A stretch of DNA of 64,000 nt from Rickettsiales bacterium (GCA_021299465.1 JAJTHB010000018.1:23990-87989), one strand, 5' to 3'; counted from the stretch's first letter, positions 1 to 10,481 are shown. Notes: a model not told the origin generated them from the sequence alone. A program made the numbers and translations.

Positions 1-2
1 CA

Positions 3-923
3 GATAGCGACGTTGCTACTTCCAACGGCGCGGCGACGACGCATGCGTATGGCGTGAAGGTGCCGCGAGATAGTTTTGGACTCAGCAGTGGCAAGCAGAT
101 TCGTTCCGCTTCCGGATTTGATGGCAGTATTATTCACGAAGCCATGGCAAAGGGGCTGAAAACTGCGCTGATTAATTCCGGCAGCATCATGGAGCCGGGC
201 ACGGCGGCTTTTACCGCACGTGTGGAAAGCCGCAGGGATCATGATGCCATTGCGCAAGAGGTGACCCAAAGCGGGGTGGATGTGATTCTTTCCGGTGGCG
301 AGCGCCATTTACTGCCGCAGGGCATGAAAGGCCGCCACGGCATGGGCACGCGAAGCGATGGGCGCAATCTCATTGAAGAAGCAGAAAAAGCCGGCTACCG
401 CGTGGTCTACACGCAGCAGGAACTTGACGAAGCAGTGAAAGAAAAACCTGCTAAATTGCTTGGTGTTTTTGCTGAGGAACATACGTTTTTTGATAAGGAT
501 GATAGCAAGCCAGCCTACCTTGCAACCGCGCCGACCATTGCCGAAATGATGCAGGCGGCACTGGCGTTGTTTGATGGGCAGGAATTCCTGATCATTGCGG
601 AGGAAGAGGGTACCGATAATTTTTCAAATGAGGGCAGACCCGATGAAACCATCAAAGCGGCGAGCCGTGCTGATGAAGCGATCGGCGTGATGCTTTCGGC
701 GGCCAAGAGAAATCCTTCGCTGTTGCTGCTGACCGCGTCCGATAGCGATGCTGGTGGTATTCAGCTGCAGGCAGAGGGTGATGGCAAAGCCAAGCTGCAA
801 GCTTTGGGTACCAAAAACTATGCGGGCGGTATTCTGGCGCGTAGCAACCAGCCGCTGCCTGCGGTCGTTGATAACACGCAGATCCACGCCATTTTATCGC
901 GGCATCTGTTCGGCAAGAATTAA
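3..923 (+). CDS. alkaline phosphatase family protein, 5' end cut by window edge
   Basis: The frame is open from nt 3. DSDVATSNGAATTHAYGVKV resembles the DS(nucleophile)...GVK block of PhoA-type enzymes, and EPGTAAFTARV and LLLTASDSDAGG blocks follow. Confidence 0.7.
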   Translation, partial: DSDVATSNGAATTHAYGVKVPRDSFGLSSGKQIRSASGFDGSIIHEAMAKGLKTALINSGSIMEPGTAAFTARVESRRDHDAIAQEVTQSGVDVILSGGERHLLPQGMKGRHGMGTRSDGRNLIEEAEKAGYRVVYTQQELDEAVKEKPAKLLGVFAEEHTFFDKDDSKPAYLATAPTIAEMMQAALALFDGQEFLIIAEEEGTDNFSNEGRPDETIKAASRADEAIGVMLSAAKRNPSLLLLTASDSDAGGIQLQAEGDGKAKLQALGTKNYAGGILARSNQPLPAVVDNTQIHAILSRHLFGKN

Positions 924-1087
924 TTGCCAGTAAATAGTCTTGATTTGAAATAAGACTGGACGGTGGCGTATGGTTGCTATGGGGCGTATTTATTTTGTAT
1001 CATGCTGTAATAACTAAAAAATCGTTTCGTTGACAGAGATACGCTGTAAGCATAGGATTAACATAGTTTATTAGTAAGTTTTTGTAA

Positions 1088-1732
1088 GTGGAGTATGATA
1101 TGCGGGTAGTAGCTGCATCGCATTTGCGCCGGAGTGCGCAGATGAAATATGCCTCGATTCTACGCGCCGCCAGTCGTTTGTTTCTTCGTCACGGCTATAC
1201 ACGCACCAGCATGGATGCGGTCGCGAAAGAGGCAGATGTTTCAAAACAAACCGTCTATAGCTACTTCAAAAATAAAGACGAGCTGTTCCAGCGCATGATT
1301 GAAGAAGAATGCGCGCGTCATACGCCGCCCGATTCGATGCTGGAGAATGGCAGCCTGACGATGAACCAGGCGCTGTTTAAAATCGGTATGGGCTTTATTG
1401 ATATGATCAGCAGCCCGCGTGGTCTTGCGATTCACCGGCTGGTGATGGCCGAGGTTGAGCGGCATCCACGCGTTGCAAAACTATTTTATGATTCCGGCCC
1501 GCTGGTGATGCAGGGGCTGCTTGTGCGTTATCTGAAACGTCAGTCGCAGCTCGGCGCTGTGGTGATTGATGATGTCGAGCGTGCTGCAACCGATTTCTTC
1601 GCACTGGTCAAAGGCCGTTACCATCTCAAGATGCAGCTTAAAGTAAAGCCGCTACCCACGGCCAGAGATATCGAAAAACACCTGCACGAAACGGTGCAGG
1701 TTTTCCTTAAGATTTACGGGAAGAAGTCCTAG
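1088..1732 (+). CDS. TetR family transcriptional regulator
   Basis: ILRAASRLFLRHGYTRTSMDAVAKEADVSKQTVYSYFKNKDELF is the TetR N-terminal HTH signature. The start is ambiguous (GTG 1088, ATG 1100 or ATG 1142). Confidence 0.85.
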   Translation: MEYDMRVVAASHLRRSAQMKYASILRAASRLFLRHGYTRTSMDAVAKEADVSKQTVYSYFKNKDELFQRMIEEECARHTPPDSMLENGSLTMNQALFKIGMGFIDMISSPRGLAIHRLVMAEVERHPRVAKLFYDSGPLVMQGLLVRYLKRQSQLGAVVIDDVERAATDFFALVKGRYHLKMQLKVKPLPTARDIEKHLHETVQVFLKIYGKKS

Positions 1733-1750
1733 AATAATTGGAGCTTACCT

Positions 1751-1779
1751 GTCATCGACGGATCAAGTCCGAGGATGAC
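1751..1779. repeat. GC-rich hairpin between convergent tetR and merR
   Basis: GTCATCGACGGA-TCAAG-TCCGAGGATGAC, with 10 of 12 positions paired. Confidence 0.6.
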
Positions 1780-1808
1780 AAGGCTTGTGCATTTAAATCA
1801 AAAATTCT

Positions 1809-2237
1809 CTAATAGAGCTGACGCTTGAGTAATTCTTTAAGCGTGATGAGTTCCTGCCTCACGACTGTGAGCTGATCGAGCTGCTTATCAGTGAGTGATG
1901 AACCGGCAGGCGCCCCAATCGCAAGCGGTAGATCTTTGCCAATCGCTTTTTTGGCGCCATCAATGGTGAAGCCTTGCCGGTAGAGAAGATCTTTTATGGT
2001 GGTGATGAGCGCAATATCCTCTGGCCGGTAATAGCGTCTGCCGCCACGCATTTTCAGCGGCTTGATCTGTGGAAAGCGTGTTTCCCAGAAGCGCAGCACA
2101 TGTTGTGGAACCCCGAGTGAATCCGCAACTTCGCTGATGGTGCGAAAGGCGTGCTCGGATTTTTCTACAGCTAGCTCCTGACGCGCACCGTTATCTGCCT
2201 TTATGGAACTATCAGGCAGTGATTCTGTCTGCACCAT
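1809..2237 (-). CDS. MerR family transcriptional regulator
   Basis: [45 protein letters not shown] is a MerR-type HTH. This is the usual neighbour of ihfA in Alphaproteobacteria. Confidence 0.8.
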   Translation of the reverse strand: MVQTESLPDSSIKADNGARQELAVEKSEHAFRTISEVADSLGVPQHVLRFWETRFPQIKPLKMRGGRRYYRPEDIALITTIKDLLYRQGFTIDGAKKAIGKDLPLAIGAPAGSSLTDKQLDQLTVVRQELITLKELLKRQLY

Positions 2238-2257
2238 CGGCCAGTCCTTTATCCGAA

Positions 2258-2569
2258 CTAGTTTTTAGCGAGCTTCTCGTTGACTTTGGCTTTGAGTAAG
2301 TTCGATGCATTAAACGAGAGTACCGTGCGAGCTGTAATCGGCACTTCAACGCCGGTTTTCGGGTTGCGGCCCATGCGCTGCTTTTTGCGACGAAGGTTGA
2401 ACGTGCCAAACGATGACAGCTTGACCGCATTGCCCTGTTCGAGCGCAGTGCAGATTTCTTCAATCACTGAATCGACCAGTGCGTTACATTCCTGTAGCGA
2501 CAGACCAATTTGTTTGTAAATCGAATTGCTTAAATCAGCGCGGGTGAGGGTTTTTTCTTCTTCGGTCAT
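2258..2569 (-). CDS. ihfA: integration host factor subunit alpha
   Basis: [37 protein letters not shown] matches the IHF-alpha arm region (GRNPKTGE.IPITAR). Confidence 0.9.
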   Translation of the reverse strand: MTEEEKTLTRADLSNSIYKQIGLSLQECNALVDSVIEEICTALEQGNAVKLSSFGTFNLRRKKQRMGRNPKTGVEVPITARTVLSFNASNLLKAKVNEKLAKN

Positions 2570-2650
2570 GTTTTACTCGTCGGTCTTATGGTTACAACAA
2601 CAGAACTATACCGATTTTCACAACAAAATCAAGACAATAGTCAAAACATG

Positions 2651-3487
2651 TTAAAAAAATGCTTGAATTACAAGTGTACAGAGCATTGCACTAGGCGGTG
2701 ATTTTACTGAAACATTATAGACCGGATTGGCTAAATTATCATCGTTAATGCAGGCATTAGCATTGGTTGCACTTTTTTTCATGTAATCACCAGGATCGAT
2801 TCCATCGGCACAAACACCCATACCAAAACAAACATCAGTAGCGTTAAAAATTGGCCCCAACGCATGCATCAGACCGGATTCCGGCAAACCATTATCGATT
2901 TTGTAGTCGAGTGCCTGAGCTGTTTCTGCATTGTATATTCCGCTACCATTATTATCTGCAGCAATCATTGCAATGATGTTTTGTCCTGGCATCTCAACAG
3001 AAGGGGCTAGGTCTGATTTGTTGATGATCCAGAATCCTCCCGGCGTAAGAGGGGTCATCTTAAGTGGTTGCGAGATGGTGCCGGGAGTATCGAGATTAGA
3101 GATTGGGCTTAAAAACAAGTTAGATTGGGTTAAGTGATACCAGAAATTGACGCGCTCACTTTTTTCTGGAGGCGTTGTAGCATTGTTTTCCACGATACCG
3201 TTTCCATTGCCATTGTTTCCAACCTCCCCAGCGAAACCAAGTCCGAGATCTTCTGCAACATTACAATCCCCAGGTATGCATTTATTTTTTTGTACAAAAG
3301 TCGCAATAGCAAGGTTGAGGGATTCTATTTGGCTAGCCTGCGCGCGAACTTCCGCCGCGCGAATCAAGCTCTGACCCATCAGTATTCCGGCAGTTAGTAG
3401 GCCAATCACAACCAGCACTATCGACACCTCAACTAATGTAAATGCTTGCTGGGTGTTGAAGGTCGGTTTTAAGATTTTGGTTTTCAT
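2651..3487 (-). CDS. prepilin-type N-terminal cleavage/methylation domain protein (orphan type IV pilin / pseudopilin-like)
   Basis: MKTKILKPTFNTQQA/FTLVEVSIVLVVIGLLTAGIL is a class III signal peptide with Glu at +5. The ATG at 3487 lies 2 nt after the fabH stop, with AAGGTGG just upstream. The region is AT-richer than its flanks. Confidence 0.75.
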   Translation of the reverse strand: MKTKILKPTFNTQQAFTLVEVSIVLVVIGLLTAGILMGQSLIRAAEVRAQASQIESLNLAIATFVQKNKCIPGDCNVAEDLGLGFAGEVGNNGNGNGIVENNATTPPEKSERVNFWYHLTQSNLFLSPISNLDTPGTISQPLKMTPLTPGGFWIINKSDLAPSVEMPGQNIIAMIAADNNGSGIYNAETAQALDYKIDNGLPESGLMHALGPIFNATDVCFGMGVCADGIDPGDYMKKSATNANACINDDNLANPVYNVSVKSPPSAMLCTLVIQAFF

Positions 3488-3489
3488 TG

Positions 3490-4449
3490 TTACCACCTTA
3501 TCAGCGCACAGCCCCAGGTAAAGCCCGCGCCCATGGCCGGACAAGCAACCAGCTGGCCTTGTTTTAAGCGGCCATCGGTGGCTGCTACATGCAGGGCAAG
3601 CGGGATGGAAGCGGCGGAGGTATTGGCATGCTCAGGGACGGTGGAAATGAGCTTTTCTGAGTCTAAACCAAGCTTTTCACCAACGCTGGTAAGAATTCGC
3701 TGGTTAGCCTGATGGGGGGCGATCCAGTCCAGATCCGAAACGCTGAGTTTGGCATCCGCCAGCGCAGCCAGTGTTGCTTCAGGCATTTTTGCTACGGCAT
3801 GGCGAAAGACTTCCTTGCCAGCCATAGAAAGGACACCAGCTTTCTGGTTGCTCGCGACGCCGCCATTCGTTGCCAGCATCGAGCCGTAGGTGCCATCGGA
3901 GTAAATGCGCGTCGCAAGAATGCCGCGATCAGTTGTTTCCTGCGCCTCTAACAAGAGTGCTGCTGCACCATCGCCAAACAAAATACAGGTGGTGCGATCC
4001 TTCCAATCGATGATGCGCGAAAAAATTTCTGCACCGATCACCAGCGCCCTATTAGCCTGGCCACTGACTAACATGGCGTCGGCAACTGAGAGCGCATAGA
4101 TAAAACCGCTACAGGCCGCATTCAGGTCAAATGCTGCGCCGGTTTTAATACCAAGCCTGTTTTGTACTTTGGTCGCAGTGGCGGGCAGCGTGTCATCCGG
4201 CGTTGCGGTGGCGACAATGATAAGGTCAATGGATGCTGCATCAATTTTTGCGCGTCCTATCGCATCGCGTGCAGCGTTTGTGGCAAGGTCGGAGGTGAGT
4301 TCGTTGTCTGCAGCTAAATGGCGCTGGCGGATGCCGGTGCGCTCGACGATCCACTCATCGGTGGTATCGACCAGTTTTGCGAGTTCATGATTGCTCATGA
4401 TGCGCTGGGGTAAATACGCGCCGGTAGAAGCTACGATCGAACGGCGCAT
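3490..4449 (-). CDS. fabH: 3-oxoacyl-ACP synthase III
   Basis: Carries the [11 protein letters not shown] active-site Cys block, HQAN, and the GAGFTWG C-terminus. Confidence 0.9.
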   Translation of the reverse strand: MRRSIVASTGAYLPQRIMSNHELAKLVDTTDEWIVERTGIRQRHLAADNELTSDLATNAARDAIGRAKIDAASIDLIIVATATPDDTLPATATKVQNRLGIKTGAAFDLNAACSGFIYALSVADAMLVSGQANRALVIGAEIFSRIIDWKDRTTCILFGDGAAALLLEAQETTDRGILATRIYSDGTYGSMLATNGGVASNQKAGVLSMAGKEVFRHAVAKMPEATLAALADAKLSVSDLDWIAPHQANQRILTSVGEKLGLDSEKLISTVPEHANTSAASIPLALHVAATDGRLKQGQLVACPAMGAGFTWGCALIRW

Positions 4450-5522
4450 TAATCAGCCTCACCTTCAATAGCATCCAGTGGCACACCTGGAATTTGCGGC
4501 GGTGTTGAGAGCTTGATTTCCTGCATGATGCGCTGGTTGATGTGATGCGCGACCAATTCAATGGCTACGCTCACTGCATTGCAGAAGCCTTTGGCATCCG
4601 CACCGCCATGGCTTTTCACGGCAATACCGCCAAGACCCAGAAACATCGCGCCATTGCGCTTGCGGTCATCAAGCTTATCACGCACCACTTTCAGAGCACC
4701 CGATGCCATCAAGCCGCCAACTTTGGCAGGAACAGAACTTGAAAATGCTTCGCGCATATAGGTGCGAATCAGCCGTGCCGCGCCTTCGGCTGTTTTTAGC
4801 GCGACATTACCGGTAAAGCCGTCGGTGACAACGACATCGACCGTCCCTGCGGCAATATCATTACCTTCGATGAAGCCGTGAAAATTAAGATCAAGACCGG
4901 AGGATTCGATAAGGCGGCGTGCATCTTTAACTTCATTGCGGCCTTTTAAATCTTCTGATCCGACATTCAGCAGGCCGATTTTAGGTTTGGATAGGCCAAG
5001 CACTGCACGCGCAAACGCATCGCCCATTACCGCGAAGCGAAACAGATCCTGCGCATCGCACTCGACATTGGCGCCAAGATCCAGCATCACGCATTCGCCT
5101 TTTAGCGTCGGGAACAGGGCGGCAATCGCGGGGCGATTCACGCCTGGTAGCGGACGCAGGATGAGTTTCGACATGGCCATCAGCGCGCCGGTATTGCCAG
5201 CCGAAACCACCGCACAGGCTCTTTCTTCCTTCACTGATTCTATCGCCAGCCACATGCTGGATTTGCGTCCACGGCGAACGGCAATCGATGGCTTGTCATC
5301 GTTTGCAATGACTTCCTCGGTGTGGACAATCTCAGCGTGTTGTTTCAGCTGGCCGAGCTCGGCGAGCATTGGTTCCAAGATGTAGCGATTGCCAAAAAAT
5401 AAAAAACGGCTGCCAGGATGGCGTATAAGGGCAAGTTGTGCGCCTTTGAGTACGCAGTGTGGTGCGTGATCGCCGCCCATGGCGTCCAGGGCGATCGGAA
5501 GTCTCAATTTACTCGCTGCCAT
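4449..5522 (-). CDS. plsX: phosphate acyltransferase PlsX
   Basis: Carries DAMGGDHAP, NVGSE and DGFTGNVALK motifs, in plsX-fabH order. Confidence 0.9.
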   Translation of the reverse strand: MAASKLRLPIALDAMGGDHAPHCVLKGAQLALIRHPGSRFLFFGNRYILEPMLAELGQLKQHAEIVHTEEVIANDDKPSIAVRRGRKSSMWLAIESVKEERACAVVSAGNTGALMAMSKLILRPLPGVNRPAIAALFPTLKGECVMLDLGANVECDAQDLFRFAVMGDAFARAVLGLSKPKIGLLNVGSEDLKGRNEVKDARRLIESSGLDLNFHGFIEGNDIAAGTVDVVVTDGFTGNVALKTAEGAARLIRTYMREAFSSSVPAKVGGLMASGALKVVRDKLDDRKRNGAMFLGLGGIAVKSHGGADAKGFCNAVSVAIELVAHHINQRIMQEIKLSTPPQIPGVPLDAIEGEAD

Positions 5523-5624
5523 GTAAACTCGTGGTTAGCGTGGTTATCGTGTTTATCTGTCTTTAGTGATGCATAAACCATCACGAAGATCACGGCAATC
5601 ACGAATCACGACAGCCAAGAAAAA

Positions 5625-5807
5625 TTAGCGGTTGACCTTCGATTTCGTTACCTGACGGCCCTTGTAATAACCATCGGGAGAAACATGGTGCGGGCGCTTG
5701 AGTTCGCCGGTCGTTTTATCTTCAACCACCGTCGTTTTATCAAGGGCGTGATGCGAGCGACGCATGTTGCGGGCGCTGGGGGTCTTTTTTCGCTTGGGTA
5801 CTGCCAT
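5625..5807 (-). CDS. rpmF: 50S ribosomal protein L32
   Basis: [22 protein letters not shown] is the L32 N-terminus. The start was moved to the internal ATG of the 74-aa ORF. Confidence 0.9.
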   Translation of the reverse strand: MAVPKRKKTPSARNMRRSHHALDKTTVVEDKTTGELKRPHHVSPDGYYKGRQVTKSKVNR

Positions 5808-5892
5808 ACTCTGTATCCTTGTTTTTAGTGAACGAGCCTTATACAGCAATACTGGCAGGCTTGAAAAGCGGTTTTTTAGTAAATAATGGCCA

Positions 5893-6537
5893 TTAATTTA
5901 CGATTTCCCAGCTGCCGTCAGGTTCGAGGCAGGCGGTGCCGTAGGTATCCTGCGTGCGGCCGCCAACGGTCGCTCTGGCCTGGTATTCGCGGCAATAACG
6001 CCCCTGCCTGCGGTAGTCGCGCATCGGCGTCAGCTGGTAATACCCATCATCCGCGCTGTCTTCCCAGCGTACCGGTGTGCCAACGGGCAGGCTCGCAAAA
6101 GACTCTTCTTCACAATGTTGTTGGTATGCGCCGGAGCCGACTGCGCTGCCAAGAACCGCGCCGGTGATGATGGCGGCGGTGTTGCCGTTGCCCTTACCGA
6201 TCTGTTTGCCAACGATGCCGCCCGCCGCCCCGCCCAGAAGCAGCCCGAGTGGATTATACCCATTGGTACAGCGTACCTGCCGGTAGCTGGCAGGTTGGTA
6301 ATGATGGTAGCGGCGGTCATCATCATCGTCATCGTAGCGATGGTTGATAACGGTGTGCTGAACGACAACTGGCCGATGATGGTAGCGATGCTTGTGGCGC
6401 TGACGCCATGAATGATGGCGTGGATGGTTATCATAGTAGTGGCTGCCGCCGTAATACGTGTAGCGATCAGCAAAAACGGGTGAGGCGAGGCTAGTGCTGA
6501 AACAGATGCATAAAGCTACAAGCAAGCGATTTTTCAT
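5893..6537 (-). CDS. secreted/lipoprotein-like glycine-zipper surface antigen family protein with His/Asp-rich insert
   Basis: Signal peptide [23 protein letters not shown]. Glycine zipper [39 protein letters not shown]-terminal RYCREYQ...[15 protein letters not shown] resembles the 17-kDa surface antigen family. Confidence 0.6.
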   Translation of the reverse strand: MKNRLLVALCICFSTSLASPVFADRYTYYGGSHYYDNHPRHHSWRQRHKHRYHHRPVVVQHTVINHRYDDDDDDRRYHHYQPASYRQVRCTNGYNPLGLLLGGAAGGIVGKQIGKGNGNTAAIITGAVLGSAVGSGAYQQHCEEESFASLPVGTPVRWEDSADDGYYQLTPMRDYRRQGRYCREYQARATVGGRTQDTYGTACLEPDGSWEIVN

Positions 6538-6618
6538 GAGGCCTCCTTAGTTTGGCACCTCATCAATAGCCGCAGGCAGGTTACGGCAATACTACAGCAA
6601 CATTACAAAAGATTAAGT

Positions 6619-7845
6619 TCAAACAGCCTTTGCAAGTTTTGGCGCTTCGTTGCCATAGATGTAGTCACGCGTCAGCGGTACGGCATCGATTTTTTTGGCA
6701 AACTGGATCTGCCACGCCATGGTGCCTGAGTAAATCATCGCCAGCTCGCAGCCGGTTAAATACAAGTCAAACATGCGGTAAAACACTTCCCCGTTCATGG
6801 CGCGGATGCGCTCGGCGTTTGCGCGGTAGCGCTTTTTCCATTCACGCAGCGTGTAAGAATAATGCAGGCGCAGCACCTCGGCGTCAGTCACCCAGAAACC
6901 AGCTTTCTCGATAAATGGAATGGTCTCCGAAAGCGCCGGCAGGTAGCCCTTGCGGAACATATATTTTTCCAGCCACGGCTGGGTGGCAAGGGACGGTTTA
7001 TTGTAGCCGATCGAATGCAGCAGCATGAGGCCGTCTTCTTTCATCAGCTCATGCACTTTGCCAAAATATTCCGGGTAATGCGGCAGGCCGACATGCTCGA
7101 ACATGCCGACCGAGACAATGCGGTCAAAGGTCTCATTCACGTGGCGGTAATCCTGCAGGCGGATGTCGATTTTGCCTTCAAGGCCGGCGGCCTTCACGCG
7201 CTCTACGGCCAGCTGATGTTGCTGCGCCGAAAGCGTGACACCCACCACGTTCACGCCTTTTTGTTTTGCCATCTCCATGGCAAGGCCGCCCCAACCGCAG
7301 CCGATATCCAGCACGCGCTGGCCGGGCGAGAGATTCAGCTTGGCAATGATGTGGCTCTTTTTATTGATCTGCGCCTGCTCCAGCGAATCCTGCTCGCTTT
7401 TGAAATAGGCGCAGGAATATTGCATGTCTTTATCGAGAAACAGCTGGTACAGCTCGTTGGAAATATCGTAGTGGAACTGGATGTTTTTGGTCGCGTTGCC
7501 AATGGCATTATTCTGCCAGATGCGGCGCAGGCCATAGCGCGCCAGCGTGATGGCTTTGGCAAATGGGAAATCTCGAAACGCCTGATTATTCGCCGCCAGC
7601 ACGCGCAGGAATTTATCAAGATCACCGTCATCGATCGTGAGCGTGCCGAACATGTAGGCTTCCGGCAGGTTGATCGAAGGGCTTACGACCAGTTTCCAGT
7701 GCAGCGCCTTGTCATGCAGCGTAATCGCGGTTGATTCACCCGGGCTGCCCGCATAATGGTGGCGCTTACCCGTGGCATCGGTGACGGTCAGTTCGCCACG
7801 TTTCATGATTTGGCGAAAAAGCACGCCGGCGGGAAAATCGAGCAT
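6619..7845 (-). CDS. cfa: cyclopropane-fatty-acyl-phospholipid synthase
   Basis: SAM motif VLDIGCGWGGLAMEMA, plus HYDISNELYQLFLD and YSCAYF blocks typical of Cfa. Confidence 0.85.
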   Translation of the reverse strand: MLDFPAGVLFRQIMKRGELTVTDATGKRHHYAGSPGESTAITLHDKALHWKLVVSPSINLPEAYMFGTLTIDDGDLDKFLRVLAANNQAFRDFPFAKAITLARYGLRRIWQNNAIGNATKNIQFHYDISNELYQLFLDKDMQYSCAYFKSEQDSLEQAQINKKSHIIAKLNLSPGQRVLDIGCGWGGLAMEMAKQKGVNVVGVTLSAQQHQLAVERVKAAGLEGKIDIRLQDYRHVNETFDRIVSVGMFEHVGLPHYPEYFGKVHELMKEDGLMLLHSIGYNKPSLATQPWLEKYMFRKGYLPALSETIPFIEKAGFWVTDAEVLRLHYSYTLREWKKRYRANAERIRAMNGEVFYRMFDLYLTGCELAMIYSGTMAWQIQFAKKIDAVPLTRDYIYGNEAPKLAKAV

Positions 7846-7866
7846 GATGGTTGATCCTTGTAAGGT

Positions 7867-8706
7867 TTATGCGGCGTGCAGCTTACCCTTTGAAATGATC
7901 CGGTCAACAGGATCCAGCGCGCCGTCGGCGATGAGCGGCTGTTTTTTGACCTCGGCATAAATCGGTGCGAAATCGGGCCTCGTTGCCTCGAACAGCTCAT
8001 CGAACGAGTTGATTACGAAATAGGTTTTCTGCAAATCATCGATACGATAATCGCTGCGCATGATGCGTTTCAGGTCAAATTTCAGTCGGTTAGGCTGGTC
8101 GCTCTCCAGGCAGTAAACCGATTCGGTTTTAGACGAGACGATGCCCGAGCCATAAATGCGAAGGCCGTCTTCCTGCTGAATGAGGCCAAATTCCACCGTG
8201 AACCAGTAGAGCCGCTCGATTTCCTTATCAGCATCCAGCTTATTGGCTTTCAGCGCGCCTTTACCCCATTCCTGCATGTAATCCGCATAGACCTGATGCG
8301 CGAGCATCGGCACATGGCCAAACAGATCGTGAAAAATATCCGGCTCCATCAGGTAATCAATTTTAGCAGGCTCGCGGATCCACCATGTCACCGGAAAACG
8401 GCGCTCGGCGAGATGGCCTAAAAATGTCATCGGCGGAAGGTAGCCTGGCACGGTTACCAGCTGCCAGCCCACCTTTTTTTCCAGCATGTCCGAGACGCGC
8501 CGCCAGTCAGGAATCACGTCGCTTTCGCGCATGCCGAGCATATCCAGCGACGAAAGATATTCCTTGCAGGCGCGGTTTTGTAATAGCGGGTACTGGCGGT
8601 TACTCAGCGTGCGCCACATGGCGTGATCCTCGGCGCTGTAGGTGCTTGGATCAAAATCAAACGTGTAGTCCGATCTCATATTCTCTGGATGCTCGTCTGC
8701 TCTCAT
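7867..8706 (-). CDS. phhA: phenylalanine 4-hydroxylase
   Basis: PDIFHDLFGHVPML iron-binding His pair, plus YWFTVEFGL. Confidence 0.85.
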   Translation of the reverse strand: MRADEHPENMRSDYTFDFDPSTYSAEDHAMWRTLSNRQYPLLQNRACKEYLSSLDMLGMRESDVIPDWRRVSDMLEKKVGWQLVTVPGYLPPMTFLGHLAERRFPVTWWIREPAKIDYLMEPDIFHDLFGHVPMLAHQVYADYMQEWGKGALKANKLDADKEIERLYWFTVEFGLIQQEDGLRIYGSGIVSSKTESVYCLESDQPNRLKFDLKRIMRSDYRIDDLQKTYFVINSFDELFEATRPDFAPIYAEVKKQPLIADGALDPVDRIISKGKLHAA

Positions 8707-8870
8707 TTTTCCTCCAAACGCATTTCTATGGCCAATTGCGTTGTTATCTGCGTGCTCGAATCCTCATGTAGCGCTGCTACACTGCGGTTCTCCGCGCGCA
8801 GCTGCCTAGCACTTGGCGCATATAAATGCGTTTGAAAAACCATGCCAGACTGTATACATTAAGGCAAATT

Positions 8871-9320
8871 ATGACACCTTCTTCAAAAAAACAATCGATT
8901 ACCATCCGTGAATTGAAAACTCGCGCAGAGATCGAGGCCATTTACCCGCTGGTGAAACAGGTCAATCCCGACGTATCTAAGCGTGAATTCATGACCGACC
9001 TTGATACCATGCTACCGCTGGGCTACCGCTGCATCGGCGCGTTTTCCGGCAGCAAACTCATCGGCGCTTGTGGTTTTTGGATCGGACGCAGATTCTGGTG
9101 CGGAAAATACTGCGAGGTTGATAACCTTGTCGTTGATTTAAATCAAAGAAGCGGCGGCATCGGTGCATTAATGATGCGCTGGGTAGAAAAAGAAGCGAAA
9201 AAGCTAAAATGTGAGATCGTGATGGCCGACAGCTACACCACGAACCACGCGTCACACCGCTTTTATTTCCGCGAGGGATATATTATAAAGGGCTACTGTT
9301 TTTATAAGGAACTCAGTTAA
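8871..9320 (+). CDS. GNAT family N-acetyltransferase
   Basis: The acetyl-CoA motif [20 protein letters not shown] (Q/RxxGxG/A) is present. The start was chosen at MTPSSKK; the ORF opens at 8826. Confidence 0.75.
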   Translation: MTPSSKKQSITIRELKTRAEIEAIYPLVKQVNPDVSKREFMTDLDTMLPLGYRCIGAFSGSKLIGACGFWIGRRFWCGKYCEVDNLVVDLNQRSGGIGALMMRWVEKEAKKLKCEIVMADSYTTNHASHRFYFREGYIIKGYCFYKELS

Positions 9321-9321
9321 T

Positions 9322-9339
9322 TCCCCGCGAAAGCGGGGA
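9322..9339. repeat. short GC-rich palindrome (REP-like)
   Basis: TCCCCGC-GAAA-GCGGGGA, between the GNAT stop and the hppD start. Confidence 0.6.
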
Positions 9340-9360
9340 TCCTGTAGAGAAAAGGATTCT

Positions 9361-10479
9361 ATGATGGTTACTACAGCCGCAAGACCTGACCCCGGGGCAA
9401 GTACGGGGATGAATATCAACCCCATGGGCACCGACGGCTTCGAATTCGTCGAATATGCGGCGATTGATCCAAGGCCGCTGGAGGAGCTTTTCGCTAAGCT
9501 CGGCTTTACCCGCATTGCTCAGCACCGCTCGAAGAATGTGCATTTGTGGCGTCAGGGCGACATTAATTTTATCTTGAACGCGGAAAAAAATTCGCAGGCC
9601 GAAGGGTTTTACAACGCGCATGGCCTGTCCGCCAATGCCATGGCATTTCGTGTGAAAGACGCGGCCTTCGCCATCAAGCGCGCGAAAGAACTGGGCGCGA
9701 AAGTGGTGGAATCCAAGGTTGGGCCGATGGAGCTTGCGATTCCGGCGATTGAAGGCATCGGTGGTAGTTTGCTTTACCTCGTGGATCGCTACGGCGAGCG
9801 GGGATCGATTTATGACATTGATTTTGTCCCGCTGGCGGGTGTGGACCAGCATCCGAAAGGCGTCGGGCTTACCTACATTGACCACCTTACGCATAATGTT
9901 GAGCGCGGTAATATGGAAAAATGGGCTGAGTTTTATTCGCGCCTGTTTAACTTCCGCCAGATTCGCTATTTCGATATTGAAGGAAAACTAACCGGCCTTG
10001 TCAGCAAGGCGATGACCAGCCCCTGCGGCAAAATCCGCATTCCGATCAACGAATCATCGGACGATAAATCGCAAATCGAAGAGTACCTGCGCGAATATAA
10101 AGGCGAGGGCATCCAGCATATTGCGCTGGCGACGGGGGATATTTACAAGACGGTTGAGCAGCTGAAGCAGCATGTTCGCTTCATGGATCCGCCGCCCGAT
10201 ACGTATTATGATAATCTCAAAAAGCGCGTGCCGCATAGCAAGGAAGAGGTGAGTAAGCTGAAACCGCTCGGCATCCTCGTTGATGGGGCGCCGGAGAGCA
10301 AGCCGGGCGCGAATGACGGCGGCATCCTGCTTCAGATTTTCACCGCAACCGTCATCGGCCCGATCTTTTATGAAATCATCCAGCGCAAGGGCGATGAAGG
10401 TTTCGGCGAAGGTAATTTCAAGGCATTGTTTGAGTCCATTGAAGAAGATCAAATCAAGCGCGGCGTGCTTAAGCAATAA
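9361..10479 (+). CDS. hppD: 4-hydroxyphenylpyruvate dioxygenase
   Basis: Carries [25 protein letters not shown] and [24 protein letters not shown]. An alternative start is at 9409. Confidence 0.9.
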   Translation: MMVTTAARPDPGASTGMNINPMGTDGFEFVEYAAIDPRPLEELFAKLGFTRIAQHRSKNVHLWRQGDINFILNAEKNSQAEGFYNAHGLSANAMAFRVKDAAFAIKRAKELGAKVVESKVGPMELAIPAIEGIGGSLLYLVDRYGERGSIYDIDFVPLAGVDQHPKGVGLTYIDHLTHNVERGNMEKWAEFYSRLFNFRQIRYFDIEGKLTGLVSKAMTSPCGKIRIPINESSDDKSQIEEYLREYKGEGIQHIALATGDIYKTVEQLKQHVRFMDPPPDTYYDNLKKRVPHSKEEVSKLKPLGILVDGAPESKPGANDGGILLQIFTATVIGPIFYEIIQRKGDEGFGEGNFKALFESIEEDQIKRGVLKQ

Positions 10480-10481
10480 GC

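Noticed and set aside
6862-7734. 290-aa ORF on the plus strand
   Set aside because: It is antisense to cfa and has no recognisable motifs. It is a shadow ORF.
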